Shown one piece after another: positions 1 through 12,298 of a DNA stretch of 64,000 bases. Source of the stretch: Eledone cirrhosa (taxonomy: Eukaryota); assembly GCA_964016885.1 (NCBI GenBank), contig OZ024754.1:2852001-2916000 (forward strand), written 5' to 3'. A program made the translations under genes and the position numbers. Below the pieces are notes generated by a model. The model was given only the letters and a program-made list of their open reading frames with translations. It ran no database searches and had not been told where the DNA came from. Every line of letters starts with the position of its first letter. Position 1 is the stretch's first letter.

Positions 1-49
1 ATGATCGTTTTCTTTTCTTTCTTTTGTTTCCCTTTTTAGTATATTATTC

Positions 50-272
50 TACAAGGGTCAGGTGAAAAGTTCATTGGCCGACTATAAAGGAGGGATGCTA
101 GAGCTGTGAAATCTGGTATGCATTGATTTCAACTCTTCTTATTAATAACTGCATTGTTTTTTTTTCAAGGACTATGTTGAAAAATAAACCTCATTTGGTC
201 ATTCCATGAGAGTATCTTGGTCATTGGTCTGCCTATGAATTCTTCAGCCTGTGAACATTTCAGCCGACCCGC
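50..272. mobile_element. Tc1/mariner-like MITE with imperfect ~30-bp TIRs
   Basis: Left end tacaagggtcaggtgaaaagttcattggccg matches the reverse complement of the right end gcctgtgaacatttcagccgacccgcaca. Related end fragments occur at ~1815-1833 and ~27673-27725. Confidence 0.6.
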
Positions 273-1084
273 ACATTGTAAGTGTTTCGAGAAGGTCCTC
301 TGTATAAAGATAACTTCTTCCCTCTTCTCTTTTCCCACATGATTAGGGAGTCCCTATAAGAAGTCATGGGTGATGACCTTTTCCTTCTGAATTAAGCCAT
401 TAAATAGGATGACTTTAAATATGTATAACCGATAACGGAAACAACATATCAGAGCAGGAATATAGTGGAAGCTCATGTGTATTATATTACAGTATAATGA
501 CATGTTATTGCTAACATTAATCTCAGTGAAAGCTAAGATATCAATGTATGATATGTGAAAAGACATAACACATATCACTGATAACGAATCACTAATTAAT
601 TACAGCAATAATTTCTAATTAGCTCTGGTTTCTATGGAGTAGTCATGATTCACAATTAAATCATAAATTACTCTTAATAACAGAGTAAACACGAGAATCA
701 GTATTTGCCTAATCGCTGGAAATGAAACCGATATCTTAAACAAATATCCCCAATAATTTATTCATATTAGTTGCTTCTAACTCACCACACAATAACCTGT
801 GGTGTATTAGCATGAGCTCACGGCGGCGTTCACCATATCGAATTTATAACACTGTAATTTGACATCATTCTAAAGTCTAAATTTGTGGCTATATTTGATA
901 TACGAGAATATCATCGCTATGATAAACTTAGATATTATATCATTGTTGTTCAGCATTCAAGTATCAGTTATATGATATTACAGTATCATATAATAGTATT
1001 ACAATAGTATTATATTGATATTATATTGTCGTTATGTAACTGTGTTTCTAAGTAAGTCTTAAGTATGGTATGATACTGTGCTGT

Positions 1085-1540
1085 GTCACAACCATGTATG
1101 TTACACCAATAGTGTATCAGATGTATAATACAGTCACAACCATGTTACACCAATAGTGTATCAGATGTGTAATACAGTCACAACCTTGTTACACCAATAG
1201 TGTATCAGATGTGTAATACAATCACAACCATGTTACACCAATAGTGTATCAGATGTGTAATACAGTCACAACCTTGTTACACCAATAGTGTATCAGATGT
1301 GTAATACAGTCACAACCTTGTTACACCAATAGTGTATCAGATGTGTAATACAATCACAACCATGTTACACCAATAGTGTATCAGATGTGTAATACAGTCA
1401 CAACCTTGTTACACCAATAGTGTATCAGATGTGTAATACAATCACAACCATGTTACACCAATAATGTATCAGCTGTGTAATACAGTCACAACCTTGTTAC
1501 ACCAATAGTGTATCAGCTGTGTAATACAGTCACAACCATG
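1085..1540. repeat. 44-bp minisatellite, ~10 copies
   Basis: Unit gtcacaacc(a/t)tgttacaccaatagtgtatcagatgtgtaataca read directly. Confidence 0.95.
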
Positions 1541-2111
1541 CTACATTGTCGTTATGTAACCGTGTTTCTAAGTAAGTTTCAAGTACGGTATGATACTCTG
1601 CTGTGTCACAACCATGTTACATTGATAGTGTATCAGATGTGTAATACAGTCAGAATCATGTTACATAGATAGTGTGACAACCGTGATACATAACACTGTG
1701 GTGTTATCGATCTGTCAGGTAATACTCTGGTAATTTTGATCAGTTTTGTAACACCATAGTATCATCAATGAAATTGTCGTATATCGATCTGTCATATAAT
1801 ACTGAGAGTCCAAACTTTACAGCCAACCCTCGTATTGCAAGTGTTAGGACCAGGTCCTCCGTCTAAGGGTAGCTTCTTCCCTCTTCCCACCAGATCAAGT
1901 GTTCGTTATAATGTTTCTAGATGAAATATTTAAATAAGATGAGCTACACAGTGTGGTATAGTGTAAAGTATTGTGTTCAGAAACATAACGCCATTGTCTC
2001 TAACCAAATAATTAGATACTTCGAATAGAAAAATTAAATAATATTAATGAACTGAAAATAAAACAACTTGAATCGAATTTGTTTTTCTTTCTCTGTTTTT
2101 GTTTGTTTATT

Positions 2112-2159
2112 GTTGTGTGTGTGAGTGTGTGCGTATGTGTGTGTGAGAGGGAGAGAGAG

Positions 2160-2213
<54 letters not shown>
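2112..2213. repeat. (TG)n/(GA)n microsatellite
   Basis: Direct reading. Confidence 0.95.
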
Positions 2214-2217
<4 letters not shown>

Positions 2218-2399
2218 GATTTTTTGTTTCAATAATAGACAGAAATAATACAGCAGAAAGTCAGTAGAATCTAATGGAACCTTATCGGAAGCGTTTGACA
2301 AAGATGTTATAAGACAAACGAACGTGACATAACTAATTATGCTCTCAAAGATCAACATTATCACCACCCAGCAGGCTGTTTTGTTTGTTTTGTTTTGTC

Positions 2400-2430
<31 letters not shown>

Positions 2431-3010
2431 GGGGTCTCCTGCTGTTATATTTCTCATCAGCTTCCAAGACATAGGACTCGAAAACTGTGCTAATTGTCAC
2501 AGGCCAGTTCAGCCGAGAATCTTGATGTGTTCAACATACATTCTTAGAAGATCTAGTTAGCTGACCATCTGTGAAAACAATGACTCTAATGCTAGAATGC
2601 AATGTCATTTGATACCGAATGAAAAGAGGGAGAAAAAAAGTGTTTAGAAGGGTGCTTTCTTTCACAAGAGATATCTGCTGCATAGCTTAGATACCGTCCT
2701 CGTCTTTATGTGTCTTCACATCGAACGAACAAAATCGAAAAGAGAGGGGATTATATTTAACCACTACCACTCCGCTTTGTGGGTTGGAGAGGTTTTTTGC
2801 TCTTGTTGTTGTTGTTATGGGAGTGGGGAGGGGCCAGAAGCTTCGGGGGGAAAAGAAATGCAAACATCAAATGTAAAAATATAAGACATCTTTATGTAAT
2901 ACATTTGTCGTTTTATGTGTTTTTGTTTGAATTGTCGTACGATGTTTAAGTAATTATCGAAGAGGTTACATGTAAAACACTGAGAAGCGAAAGAAACACG
3001 AGTAAAAATT

Positions 3011-3011
<1 letters not shown>

Positions 3012-3056
<45 letters not shown>

Positions 3057-3077
3057 TGATGATGATGATGATGATAA
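3012..3077. repeat. (TAA)n(TGA)n compound microsatellite
   Basis: Direct reading. Confidence 0.95.
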
Positions 3078-3352
3078 GGGGTTATGCTTTGTAATTGATA
3101 AGCATATACTATCTAAAAGAATATATGCAGACATATATATATATTTTAATGTAGAAATATATATATATATATACAGTTATACATCCCGGAGCCCTGTAAA
3201 TATATATATATGGGGGGGAGGGGGGTATGTGTGTGTGTGTGTTTATGTGTGTATGTATGTATATATGTATGTAAGTATGTTGTAGTGTGAAGTGTAGGCT
3301 AATAAAGAATATCCAAAGCCGGGAGAACCAGCAATCTGTAAAAAGTGTTTGT

Positions 3353-3391
<39 letters not shown>

Positions 3392-3834
3392 CACTAACTA
3401 GGGTGTCATATAGGTACAATTGTTTCTTGGTCGCTTTCATATTTCAATTCAAACAACCCCAAGTTATTCAGCCTGTATTTACTCTATTTTGTAAGGGTTG
3501 TGTTCTTTTCCTGCAAATATGACGGGGTTCTAAAAGTGAAGAAGAATTATATAGGGAGGGACGTTTTAGATATAAGATTGTTAAAAATGTAGTATTAAGT
3601 CTAAGTCTGAGATAAACTGTAATGTTACTCTAGAGAAATATGTCAGATTAACTGAGAATGCTTCTAAGCTCGATATTAGCAAAATATTCGTTCAAGAATT
3701 TAATGAAAATATTCATTAAAAAACCTTTGTAATCAAATTTAGTCTTTAATGGGTACAAATCCAACAGCATTCAAAATCAAATGATCTTTTCTTTAATATG
3801 TTTCTCCACATATACACACAGTTCTCTTTCGGTA

Positions 3835-3990
3835 CAACCTGCTTATAAAATTAACGTGCAAGTGGCTGAGCATTCCACAGACTCGTTATATACTTAACAT
3901 GGCGGCATGCAAAGTATATAACGTATGTATGTATATAATTCTTAGGTGGTTTAAAGTGATATAGAGTATAACAAGGCTGACCTTTTTTTT
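3835..3990 (+). mobile_element. Degraded SINE body fragment
   Basis: gtggctgagcattccacagac...acaaggctgacc is homologous to a reverse-strand segment at ~16730-16820. Confidence 0.5.
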
Positions 3991-4094
3991 TTTATTAAAT
4001 ATACAATACATTCGCCTCTTCTGCCTACCTACACGCTAGGTTCATTCACACAACCTTAATAGGCTCGAAACGATGTTAAATGACAATTGATCAG

Positions 4095-4170
4095 GATGTC
4101 ACGCAGTGGGACGAACCCAAGACCTAATGATTGCGAAGGGAACCACATAACCATTCGGCAAAGCTGCGTC
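4095..4170 (-). mobile_element. tRNA-derived SINE head (family 2), degraded
   Basis: Reverse strand shows a B-box-like gggttcgtcccactgcgtgacatc. Similar to 17563-17730, 24297-24358 and 32465-32523. Confidence 0.5.
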
Positions 4171-4191
4171 CACGGAGCTAAATAACAATAA

Positions 4192-4372
4192 TTGTTTCTA
4201 CTTTTGGCGCAAGGCCAGCAATCACCCAGTGCATTACTGGTACTTTATTTCCGTAAGGATGAAAGGCAAAGTTAACCTCGGCGGGATTTGAACTCAGAAT
4301 GGCAAGGGCCGTAACTATATGCGTCAAAGCATGGCGTCCGACCCTCTACCGATACTGCCAATCCACCGCCCC
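4192..4372 (-). mobile_element. tRNA-derived SINE family 1, near full length
   Basis: Reverse strand has A-box tggcagtatcggtag, B-box gagttcaaatccc and body gcctttcatccttacgg...aagtaccag (resembles the Meta/MESC SINE domain as recalled). More than 15 copies occur in the window. Confidence 0.85.
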
Positions 4373-4621
4373 TAAAGAACAACAATAACGATGAATGGAA
4401 AGCTGTTGCTTTTACGTGGTTCTCAATTTAATGAGCTCATTTTCTGTGTTTATCGAGAAGGGGGACCAGGGTGGTGGAGCTGTATTCTTAGTGGTTTTCT
4501 TCGTGTTTTTAGGGGTTAATATTTATTATATATTTTTTTAATATTCTTTATTGTTTGGGGGGGGGGGGCTGTTGTTTTTTTTCTACAAACAAGAATATAT
4601 GAAATAAGAGAGTGTTCGGAA

Positions 4622-4634
4622 TGCCCCCTGGCGG
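4622..4634 (-). promoter_or_regulatory. CTCF consensus-like motif
   Basis: Reverse strand CCGCCAGGGGGCA fits the CCRSYAGRKGGCR core. Motif match only. Confidence 0.35.
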
Positions 4635-4805
4635 GAATATAGGTGAATGTGGACATAAGGAGAGATAAGAACAGCTGGCAGATCTTATAAAGTAGCCTGT
4701 CTTATGGTGTTGGTAATTGGGAAGTTATATGGGGAACCGGAAGGGTGTTCCTGAGCATCGTGGTCTGGAAAGTTGTGTATGGTGGAGGGCGGGGGGGGGG
4801 GTAAA

Positions 4806-5141
4806 GGTGGTGGTGGCGGTGGTGTAGTGGTGGTGGGGCGCTGGTGGTATGATGGTGTAGTGGTGGTGGTGTAGTAGTGGGGTGTCTAGTAATAGTGCTG
4901 GTGGTGGTGGTGTGGTGGTAAAAGTGGTGGTGGTGGTGTAATAGTGGTGGTGGTGTGGTGATGGTGGTGTAGTAGTGGTGGTGTAGTAGTAGTGGAGGTG
5001 GTGTAATAGTGGTGGTGGTGGTGGTGGTGGTGGTGGTGGTGGTGCGCTTGTGGTATGGTGGTGTAGTAGTTGTAGTGTGGTGGTGGTGGTAGTGGGGTGG
5101 TGGAGTAATGGTGATGGTGGTGGTAGTGTGGTGGTGGTTGT

Positions 5142-5192
<51 letters not shown>

Positions 5193-5570
5193 GTAGTAAT
5201 AGTGGTGGTGGTGGTGGTGTAATAGTGGTGGTGGTGTGGTGGTGTAGTAGAGGTGGTATGGTGTGGTGATGGTGTGGTGGTGGTGGTAATGGTGGTGTGG
5301 TGGTGGTAGTGTGGTGGTATGGTGTGGTGGTGGTAGTGGTGGTGTGGTGGTGGTGGTGGTGGTGGTGATATGGTGTGGTGGTGGTGGTGTGATGGTGTAG
5401 TAGTGGTGGTATGGTGTGGTGGTGGTGTGGTGGTGGGGTGGTGGTATGGTGTGGTGGTATGGTGTGGTGGTATGGTGTGGTGGTGGTGTGGTTGTGTAGT
5501 AGTGGTGGTAGGGTGTGGTGGTGGTGGTGTGGCGGTGGTGTGGTGATGGTGATGGTGGAAACGGTGGAGG
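4806..5570. repeat. (GGT/GTA)n degenerate trinucleotide tract
   Basis: Direct reading; explains the His/Thr/Pro-rich ORF 4886-5695. Confidence 0.95.
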
Positions 5571-5757
5571 TGTGTGTGTATGTGATCGTAAGAGAGAAAA
5601 GGTGTATACGTATGTGTGTGTGTGAAAGAGAAAGGAAGTATGTAACAGTGAGATCGTGTGTGTGTTTGCGTGACCGAGAGTAAGAGAGAGTACATGTGTG
5701 TACGTGAGAAATATTGTGTGGGTGTGTGTAAGGAAGAGTGTGTGTTCGTGTGTATGT

Positions 5758-5769
5758 GAGAGAGAGAGA

Positions 5770-5849
<80 letters not shown>
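5758..5849. repeat. (GA)n microsatellite
   Basis: Direct reading. Confidence 0.95.
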
Positions 5850-5852
<3 letters not shown>

Positions 5853-5975
5853 ATGATGGGAGGGAGGAAAAACAGATGTGTTAAAATGTTAAGATTTCGG
5901 AATTGTCGATTGTCAGATTCGTGAGAAGAACGCCTTTGTTCCAGTTCTTTGATTTCCTAGTTCAAATCTTGTTGA

Positions 5976-6563
5976 CCCTTTAGCATTTAAACTGGCCATA
6001 TCCGGACAGAATTCTCTCACCTCTTTCTGTTCAAACCTGCTGTAACCGGCTGCTCATACTTATGTTAAGGTATTGTTCACAAAATATATAATATCAAAAT
6101 CTCATAGATTCGATATTATGTGAGTTAATTATGTGAGATAAAGACTTTACTGTGAAAATACAATAGTATATATAGAGTAATGTAAATGTTATGTGAGATA
6201 TTATGTGAGGTAAAGCCTTTACTGTGAAAATACAATAGTATATATAGAGTAATGTAAATGTTATGTGAGATATTATGTGAGGTAAAGACTTTACTGTGAA
6301 AATACAATAGTATATATAGAGTAATGTAAATGTTATGTGAGATATTATGTGAGGTAAAGACTTTACTGTGAAAATACAATAGTATATATAGAGTATAGAG
6401 TAACGTAAATTTTATGTGAGATATTATGTGAGGTAAATATTTTACCGGGACAATACAATAGTATATATAGAGTAATGTAAATGTTATGTGAGATATTATG
6501 TGAGGTAAAGCCCTTACTGTGAAAATACAATAGTAAATATAGATTAATGTAAATACTAAAGGG
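5976..6563. mobile_element. piggyBac-like MITE containing an internal minisatellite
   Basis: TIRs ccctttagcattta / taaatactaaaggg match at 13/14, with CCC...GGG termini and degenerate TTAA flanks (ttga, ttat). Confidence 0.6.
6117..6555. repeat. 72-bp minisatellite, ~6 copies
   Basis: Unit atgtgagatattatgtgaggtaaagactttactgtgaaaatacaatagtatatatagagtaatgtaaatgtt; period 6191 to 6263. Confidence 0.95.
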
Positions 6564-6805
6564 TTATGGTCAAATTGTATAAGCCACTGAAGAAAAGTCA
6601 CTAATTTGATGCCTCTTGTATTCTAAAGGAATGGTCAAATTAAGGCCTTGAAACCTTAGGATTATATATAATATTTCTGCACTCTTTCTGGTGGAGCACT
6701 GTTTATCCTTTTCCTTTTCACATCTACGGATATTGATAGATATACATACATGATATATGTATATATGTATGATATTGCTATGTATATATACATATATACA
6801 CACAC

Positions 6806-6847
<42 letters not shown>

Positions 6848-6948
6848 GTGGAGGCTTAGTAAAATCGAATCTTTGGCTGTGGGCAAGCAAAGTCGACCTA
6901 CAATATGAATGAGTTAGCAAAGCACTCATATATATATATAGACACACA

Positions 6949-7054
6949 CGAATGAAACAGTTCTAATCCTGTATAAGCCATTTCTATATTATATATTCAT
7001 ACTCTGCTATGTATTGAGTACCTTACTTACTGTGGCTACCCCCGATTAAACCCG

Positions 7055-7057
<3 letters not shown>
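6949..7057 (+). mobile_element. Penelope-like mini-element family B, 5'-truncated (3' half of hammerhead plus tail)
   Basis: gaaacagttctaatcctgtata followed by the tail tattgagtaccttacttactgtgg. Homologous to 17932-18072, 47001-47184 and 54221-54330. Confidence 0.7.
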
Positions 7058-7108
<51 letters not shown>

Positions 7109-7289
7109 TGTTTCACTGTGTGTATGCGGGTATGTAAATATCTATGTGTATAAGTATCTATGCATGTGTGCTTTTATGTACGTATGAATGTATGTATGCA
7201 TATATGTATGAGTGTGTGTATGTGTGTATACGTGTGAGAATGTGTATGTATATACATATGTTTGTGTGTTCGCGTGAGTGAGTGTAAGT

Positions 7290-7350
<61 letters not shown>

Positions 7351-7434
7351 ATTAGTCTGCTACCATCTGACAACATGTGTTTCACAACTGACTATTAATT
7401 AGTAGACACAGATGAAGCTGGCCTTCACAGTAAA

Positions 7435-7603
7435 GGGGAACTATCTCTCCACTAGAGGGAGCTATCTCTCCACTAGAGGGAGCTATCTCTCCACTAGAGG
7501 GAGCTATCTCTCTACTAGAGGGAGCTATCTCTCCACTAGAGGGAGCTATCTCTCCCCTAGAGGGAGCTATCTCTCCACTAGAGGGAGCTATCTCTCTACT
7601 AGA
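7435..7603 (+). repeat. 21-bp minisatellite, ~8 copies, each with a CTCF-like motif
   Basis: Unit ccactagagggagctatctct. Confidence 0.92.
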
Positions 7604-7656
7604 CATGTCTGTGTGTGTGTTAGTGCCTGCTTCTCTATATGGCTGAATGTATAGAA

Positions 7657-7705
<49 letters not shown>

Positions 7706-7810
7706 AGTGGATGTATGTTTGTGTATGGATGAATATTTATGTGCATGTGCGTGTGTGCATGTATTATGTATTAATGTATATATATATATATATATATATA
7801 TGATGATGAT

Positions 7811-7868
7811 GATGATTTCTCCCGAATGAAACAGTTCTAGTCCTGTAGAAACCATTTCCATATTAAAT
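7811..7868 (+). mobile_element. Family B fragment
   Basis: gatgatttctcccgaatgaaacagttctagtcctgtagaaacc matches the family B hammerhead region. Confidence 0.6.
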
Positions 7869-7877
7869 ATATATATA

Positions 7878-7935
7878 TCATCATCATCATCGTTTAACGT
7901 CCATCTTCCACGTTAGCATGGGTTGGATGGGTTTG
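7878..7935 (-). mobile_element. Retroposon 3' tail ending in (GAT)n
   Basis: Reverse complement acccatgctaacgtggaagatggacgttaaacgatgatg matches the tail at ~16205-16265. Confidence 0.55.
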
Positions 7936-7961
7936 TCCCACTTGAGGCAAGATTGGTCGGC

Positions 7962-8122
7962 TGACCGTGTCTCGCTCGTACAGAACTGTCTGACGGCTGA
8001 GTGAAAGGAGTACTCAATACCAACCAAAGTAGAGTTTTAATATTCATTTAGATTAAGGCTAAAAATTGAGTCTTGCTTCTCCGGAGTTTCGCCTGTTTAT
8101 CACATGCTCATCAGACAAGATC
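7962..8122 (-). mobile_element. Penelope-like mini-element family D with a probably inactive type I hammerhead (8071-8120)
   Basis: Minus strand tcttgt CTGATGA gcatgtgataaacaggc GAA ACTCCGGAG AA gcaaga, where U16.1 is replaced by A relative to the copy at 45897. Tail contains ttgagtac. Confidence 0.65.
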
Positions 8123-8711
8123 ATACTTCAATGAAAACGAAAGGACAGATTCCAAATATTCCTGTGTTGTGGCAAAAATAACAATACGTATTTCTGTAGC
8201 GGCTTTACAACAACAACAACAACTACAACAACAAAGACAGCTACAACAACAACAAAAACAAAGTCGGCAATAACAACAACAACAGCAATAACAACAACAG
8301 AAACTGGTTGTGCACAAAGCACTCATACGCAAAGAAAGTAAAAAAGAAAGACAGAAAGAAAGAAAAAAAAAGAAAGAGAAAAAGAAAGAAGGAAAGAAAG
8401 AAAGAAAGGTAGGACGACGGGAAAGACAAACAGTATAGACAAATATGAATTGGTTACATGACAAACCACACCCTCAAGATCCTTAAAACGACCCCCAAAC
8501 CTAAACTGTGGTGTATCTATATTATAGAATACAATAGATGTTAATATAGAGATGGCGGTCTTAACAAATATAGTTCTGTTGTCCCTGTATTTCACACTTA
8601 TATATAACATAGGTAGGTGGGGTGGGTAGGGGGTAGGGGGCTGGGTAGGTAGGTGGGGCGGTCAGGTAGGGAGGGAGGTGGACAGACAGGTTTATAATCA
8701 TACATAAAGTT

Positions 8712-9137
8712 AGATTGATAGATAGATAGATTTCTTTATTAGCCACAGGGGCACAAAAGAAGGGGACAAATACAAAGGGGGAAGTTTACATACAATAAAA
8801 ACGTGTAAAATACTATCACAAATACAATTTAAAAGTTAATCGATTTTCCCCAATAGGGGGAGACATTACATATGGGTAACACATACCCCCGAAAAAATGT
8901 GCAGCCCTCATCTCCAGGAGTACGAAGAGTTTGTACTCCTTTCCTCTCCTCCTCCTTTTCCTCAACCTACAGGCTGATATAGAGAGAAGGCCCATTCACT
9001 CGGGCCATTCTCGCCACTTTCACCCACCTTTCATAAAACTTGCTGGGGTACAGCACCTCTCTCTCCATCCTGACTCTTCTTCCAAAGTGGTATTTGAAAA
9101 AAAGAATCAGTTGTTGGCCGGAGACAAAGGTGTCTGA
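8712..9137 (-). mobile_element. L1/Tx1-like LINE 3' end
   Basis: Minus frame reads TFVSGQQLILFFKYHFGRRVRMEREVLYPSKFYERWVKVARMARV, then a 3' UTR ending gtggctaataaagaaatc(tatc)n. The same 3' end occurs at ~27880-27930 (+). Confidence 0.55.
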
Positions 9138-9172
9138 CTTCACAGATGTCTGACTTCATAGGTGTCTGACCT

Positions 9173-9214
<42 letters not shown>

Positions 9215-9889
9215 TAAATTAATGGATGTAGCAATAGAAAGGATTGCACAGGTGAAGTGTTAATAACAAATTCAGAAGAAAAAAAACACTTTAAAAAAGC
9301 TTCGGAAAAAATTGGTGGAGGCGAGAGCGAGAATATCATTTCAGCATTTCTCCTCTGCTAAAAGACTACTTTGTCTGAGCTTACACTAAAATATGTATAA
9401 TAGCTGTTATGTACCAAACGTAAAGGTATTTTGAACAATTACGAACTTAGCTACTTCAACGGTTTCAATTTACATATACATTTCTTGTACTCTTGTAATT
9501 ACCTTCAGCTTCAAACCTTCACGAATTTTTTCCCCCGCAAAAAAACGCAAATATCCAGCTTCGTTCTTAATGTAGGAAACTGTTCTAGATTTCTGCTTAG
9601 TTATTTCGTGTGATTTAGTTCGCTTAACCTTTTCGATACCAGCGCGGCTGAAATCACCCTTTATAAGTATGTATGTATGGACTAGTAACTCCGGATTGGG
9701 GGGGGGGGTCGTATTGGGGTTAGGGTTAGGGGAACTAGTGTGACAAAGAGTGTGTCTTGGGATATTTACACTTGACAGAGCCGATCCTCGCTCCACGTCT
9801 GAACACGGCTGATTTCTTTTAGAAAAACTGGGAAAGAGATATCGAGATATCGAGGAAGAATCGATTTGGAAAGAATACAAGGCCAGTTA

Positions 9890-9964
9890 ACCTCACAGAA
9901 AGTCAGCATAAATACTGCAATACATTCTATCCGACGCTCTACCGATTCTGCCAATTCACCGCCT
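9890..9964 (-). mobile_element. SINE family 1 head, older subfamily
   Basis: Reverse strand aggcggtgaattggcagaatcggtagagcgtcggatag. Confidence 0.65.
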
Positions 9965-10084
9965 TTGTTCTATAATACAAAACTGTTTATCTTAAATTAA
10001 TTAAGTTTATCTAAAAACATTCCATCAAATTTTATGTCAGAACACTTTTTTTTTTCCAGTTATATTCCTAACGCCGAATTATTG

Positions 10085-10720
10085 GTGATGATCATGATGA
10101 TGATGACAACCGCCTTCACCACCATCACCATCACCACCACCATCACCAATCACCATCATCACCACCATCACCATCACCACCACCATCATCATCATCAATC
10201 ACCATCATCACCACCATCAGTCACCATCATCAGTCACCATCACCACCATCACCACCATCACTATCATCACCACCACCATCACCACCATCATCACCATCAT
10301 CAATCACCATCATCACCACCATCACCATCATCACCACCATCACCACCATCATCACCATCATCACCATCACCACCATCACTATCATCACCACCACCATCAC
10401 CATCATCATCATCATCACCACCATCACCATCACCACCATCACCACCACCACCATCACCATCACCACCATCACCATCATCACCACCACCATCATCACCATC
10501 ACCATCACCACCACCACCATCACCACCATCACCATCACCATCATCACCACCACCATCATCACCACCATCATCACCATCACCATCACCAACACCATCACCA
10601 TCACCATCATCACCATCACCACCACCATCATCACCACCACCATCATCACCACCATCACCATCATCACCACCACCATCACCACCACCATCACCACCACCAT
10701 CACCATCACCACCACCATCG
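10085..10720. repeat. (CAC/CAT)n trinucleotide tract, ~630 bp
   Basis: Direct reading; source of the three overlapping low-complexity ORFs. Confidence 0.97.
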
Positions 10721-10858
10721 TCGTGGTCGCCACACACATCCAATTAATTTCTCGGCACGAAACACCGAAATCCAAACAGTTGAGCTGGGAGTGTCAAACT
10801 TGTAAAATAATGTCAAGGAGAATTGAGACAGTTATTCTTTTGTAGCACTCTGTATATG

Positions 10859-10861
<3 letters not shown>

Positions 10862-10909
<48 letters not shown>

Positions 10910-10916
10910 TGTGTCT

Positions 10917-10963
<47 letters not shown>

Positions 10964-10967
10964 CTGC

Positions 10968-11000
<33 letters not shown>

Positions 11001-11458
11001 CTGCTTGTGTGTGTGTGTAAAGGTGTGTAGGTGTGTGAGTGAGCTTGTGTGTATAGGTGTGTGTGTAGGTGTGTGTGTGTGTATAGGTGTGTGTGTAGGT
11101 GTGTGTGTGTGTGTGTGTGTAAGCTTGCGTGTGTGTGTAGGTGTATGTGTGAGCTTGTGTGTGTGTGCGTACGTATATGTGAGTGTGTGCTTGTGTGTAA
11201 ATATATGTGTAGGTGGGTGTATGTGTGTAGGTAAATATAGGTATATGCGTGTGTATGCGTGTGTATGCGTGTGTATGCATGTGTAGGCCTGTGTATGTGT
11301 AAATGCATGTGTATATACATATATATATATATGTATGTGTGTATGTAAACATAGATGTAACTGTGTGAATGTATGTGTGTGCTTGTGTGTGTGTGCTTGT
11401 GTGTGTGTGAATATAAGTGTAGGTGTGTGTTTATATGTGTGCTTGTGTGTGTGTGTGT
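10862..11458. repeat. (TG)n-derived degenerate tract
   Basis: Direct reading. Confidence 0.9.
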
Positions 11459-11465
11459 AAATATC

Positions 11466-11760
11466 GTCTTCGTTCACTTATTCCTTGGAGGGTTGTCGGA
11501 CCAGAATCCTCATACACACTTTCCAGGCGTTCCTGTCCGGAGCCACGTCCTTCAATTGATCCGACTGGATCGCCCCAAACCAGACTAGCTGAGCTCTAGA
11601 TGTTATCCAGAAATCTTCCTTGGGGTCTACACCCTGTGTCTACAGAGACATTCTAACGACACGTCTGTAATATCGGAGCTGTGATCTCTCAATTTGGAGA
11701 AGTAGCAGCTCTACCTGGAGTGACTCTCTAATCTCCGAGCTACACACTCTAACGAGTGTC
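11466..11760 (-). mobile_element. RTE-clade LINE 3' fragment
   Basis: Minus frame VCSSEIRESLQVELLLLQIERSQLRYYRRVVRMS resembles the RTE C-terminal motif ERSQLRWxGHVxRM...GRP. Confidence 0.75.
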
Positions 11761-12124
11761 CCAAAAAATGTATACACACTTTTATTAGAATGCTGTTGAA
11801 CTGTGTATACATTTTTGGGATTGTTTTTTTCGCTCTTTCCCTTTTCTTCCCTTTTCCCTTTTATTTTCATTCTCTCCCTCCTCCGTTGTCCCAATAACTT
11901 ATCCGGTTATTGAACGCTCTGGGAGAAGATATATTGTCTTTTAAGCGTTGAAATATTCGAGACCTCCAGTAGACAACTCAGTAGTAACCCATGATGTTGA
12001 TCTTTTCTTCTTTTCGGGCTATAGCTACTGTCGCTCAGAGAGTGGGATTGGCTCAGTGCACAGTCTTTCCTCACTTTAAAAATATTCTTCACGCACAGGC
12101 ATTGCACGATAGAATTAATTAATT

Positions 12125-12298
12125 GTTTCTACTTTTGGCACAAGGCCAGCAATTACCCAGTGTATTACTGGTACTTTATTTTATCGACCCCATAAGGATG
12201 AAAGGCAAAGTTAACCTCGGCGGGATTTGAACTAAAGAATGGCAAGGGCCGTAACTCTATGCGTCAAAGCATGGCGTCCGACACTCTACCGATACTGC
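12125..12298 (-). mobile_element. SINE family 1, slightly 5'-truncated, with 18-bp TSD
   Basis: Flanked by cgatagaattaattaatt at 12107-12124 and 12299-12316. Confidence 0.9.

Noticed and set aside
4886-5695. 269-aa His/Thr/Pro-rich ORF
   Set aside because: Translation of a (GGT/GTA)n tract with no complex domain or splice context.
9716-9732. Telomere-like (TTAGGG)2, also at ~27489
   Set aside because: Too short; probably part of a dispersed repeat.
10034-10775. Extensin-like SPPP ORF and antisense Gly/Asp or Val/Met ORFs
   Set aside because: Pure (CAC/CAT)n microsatellite that is open in several frames by construction.
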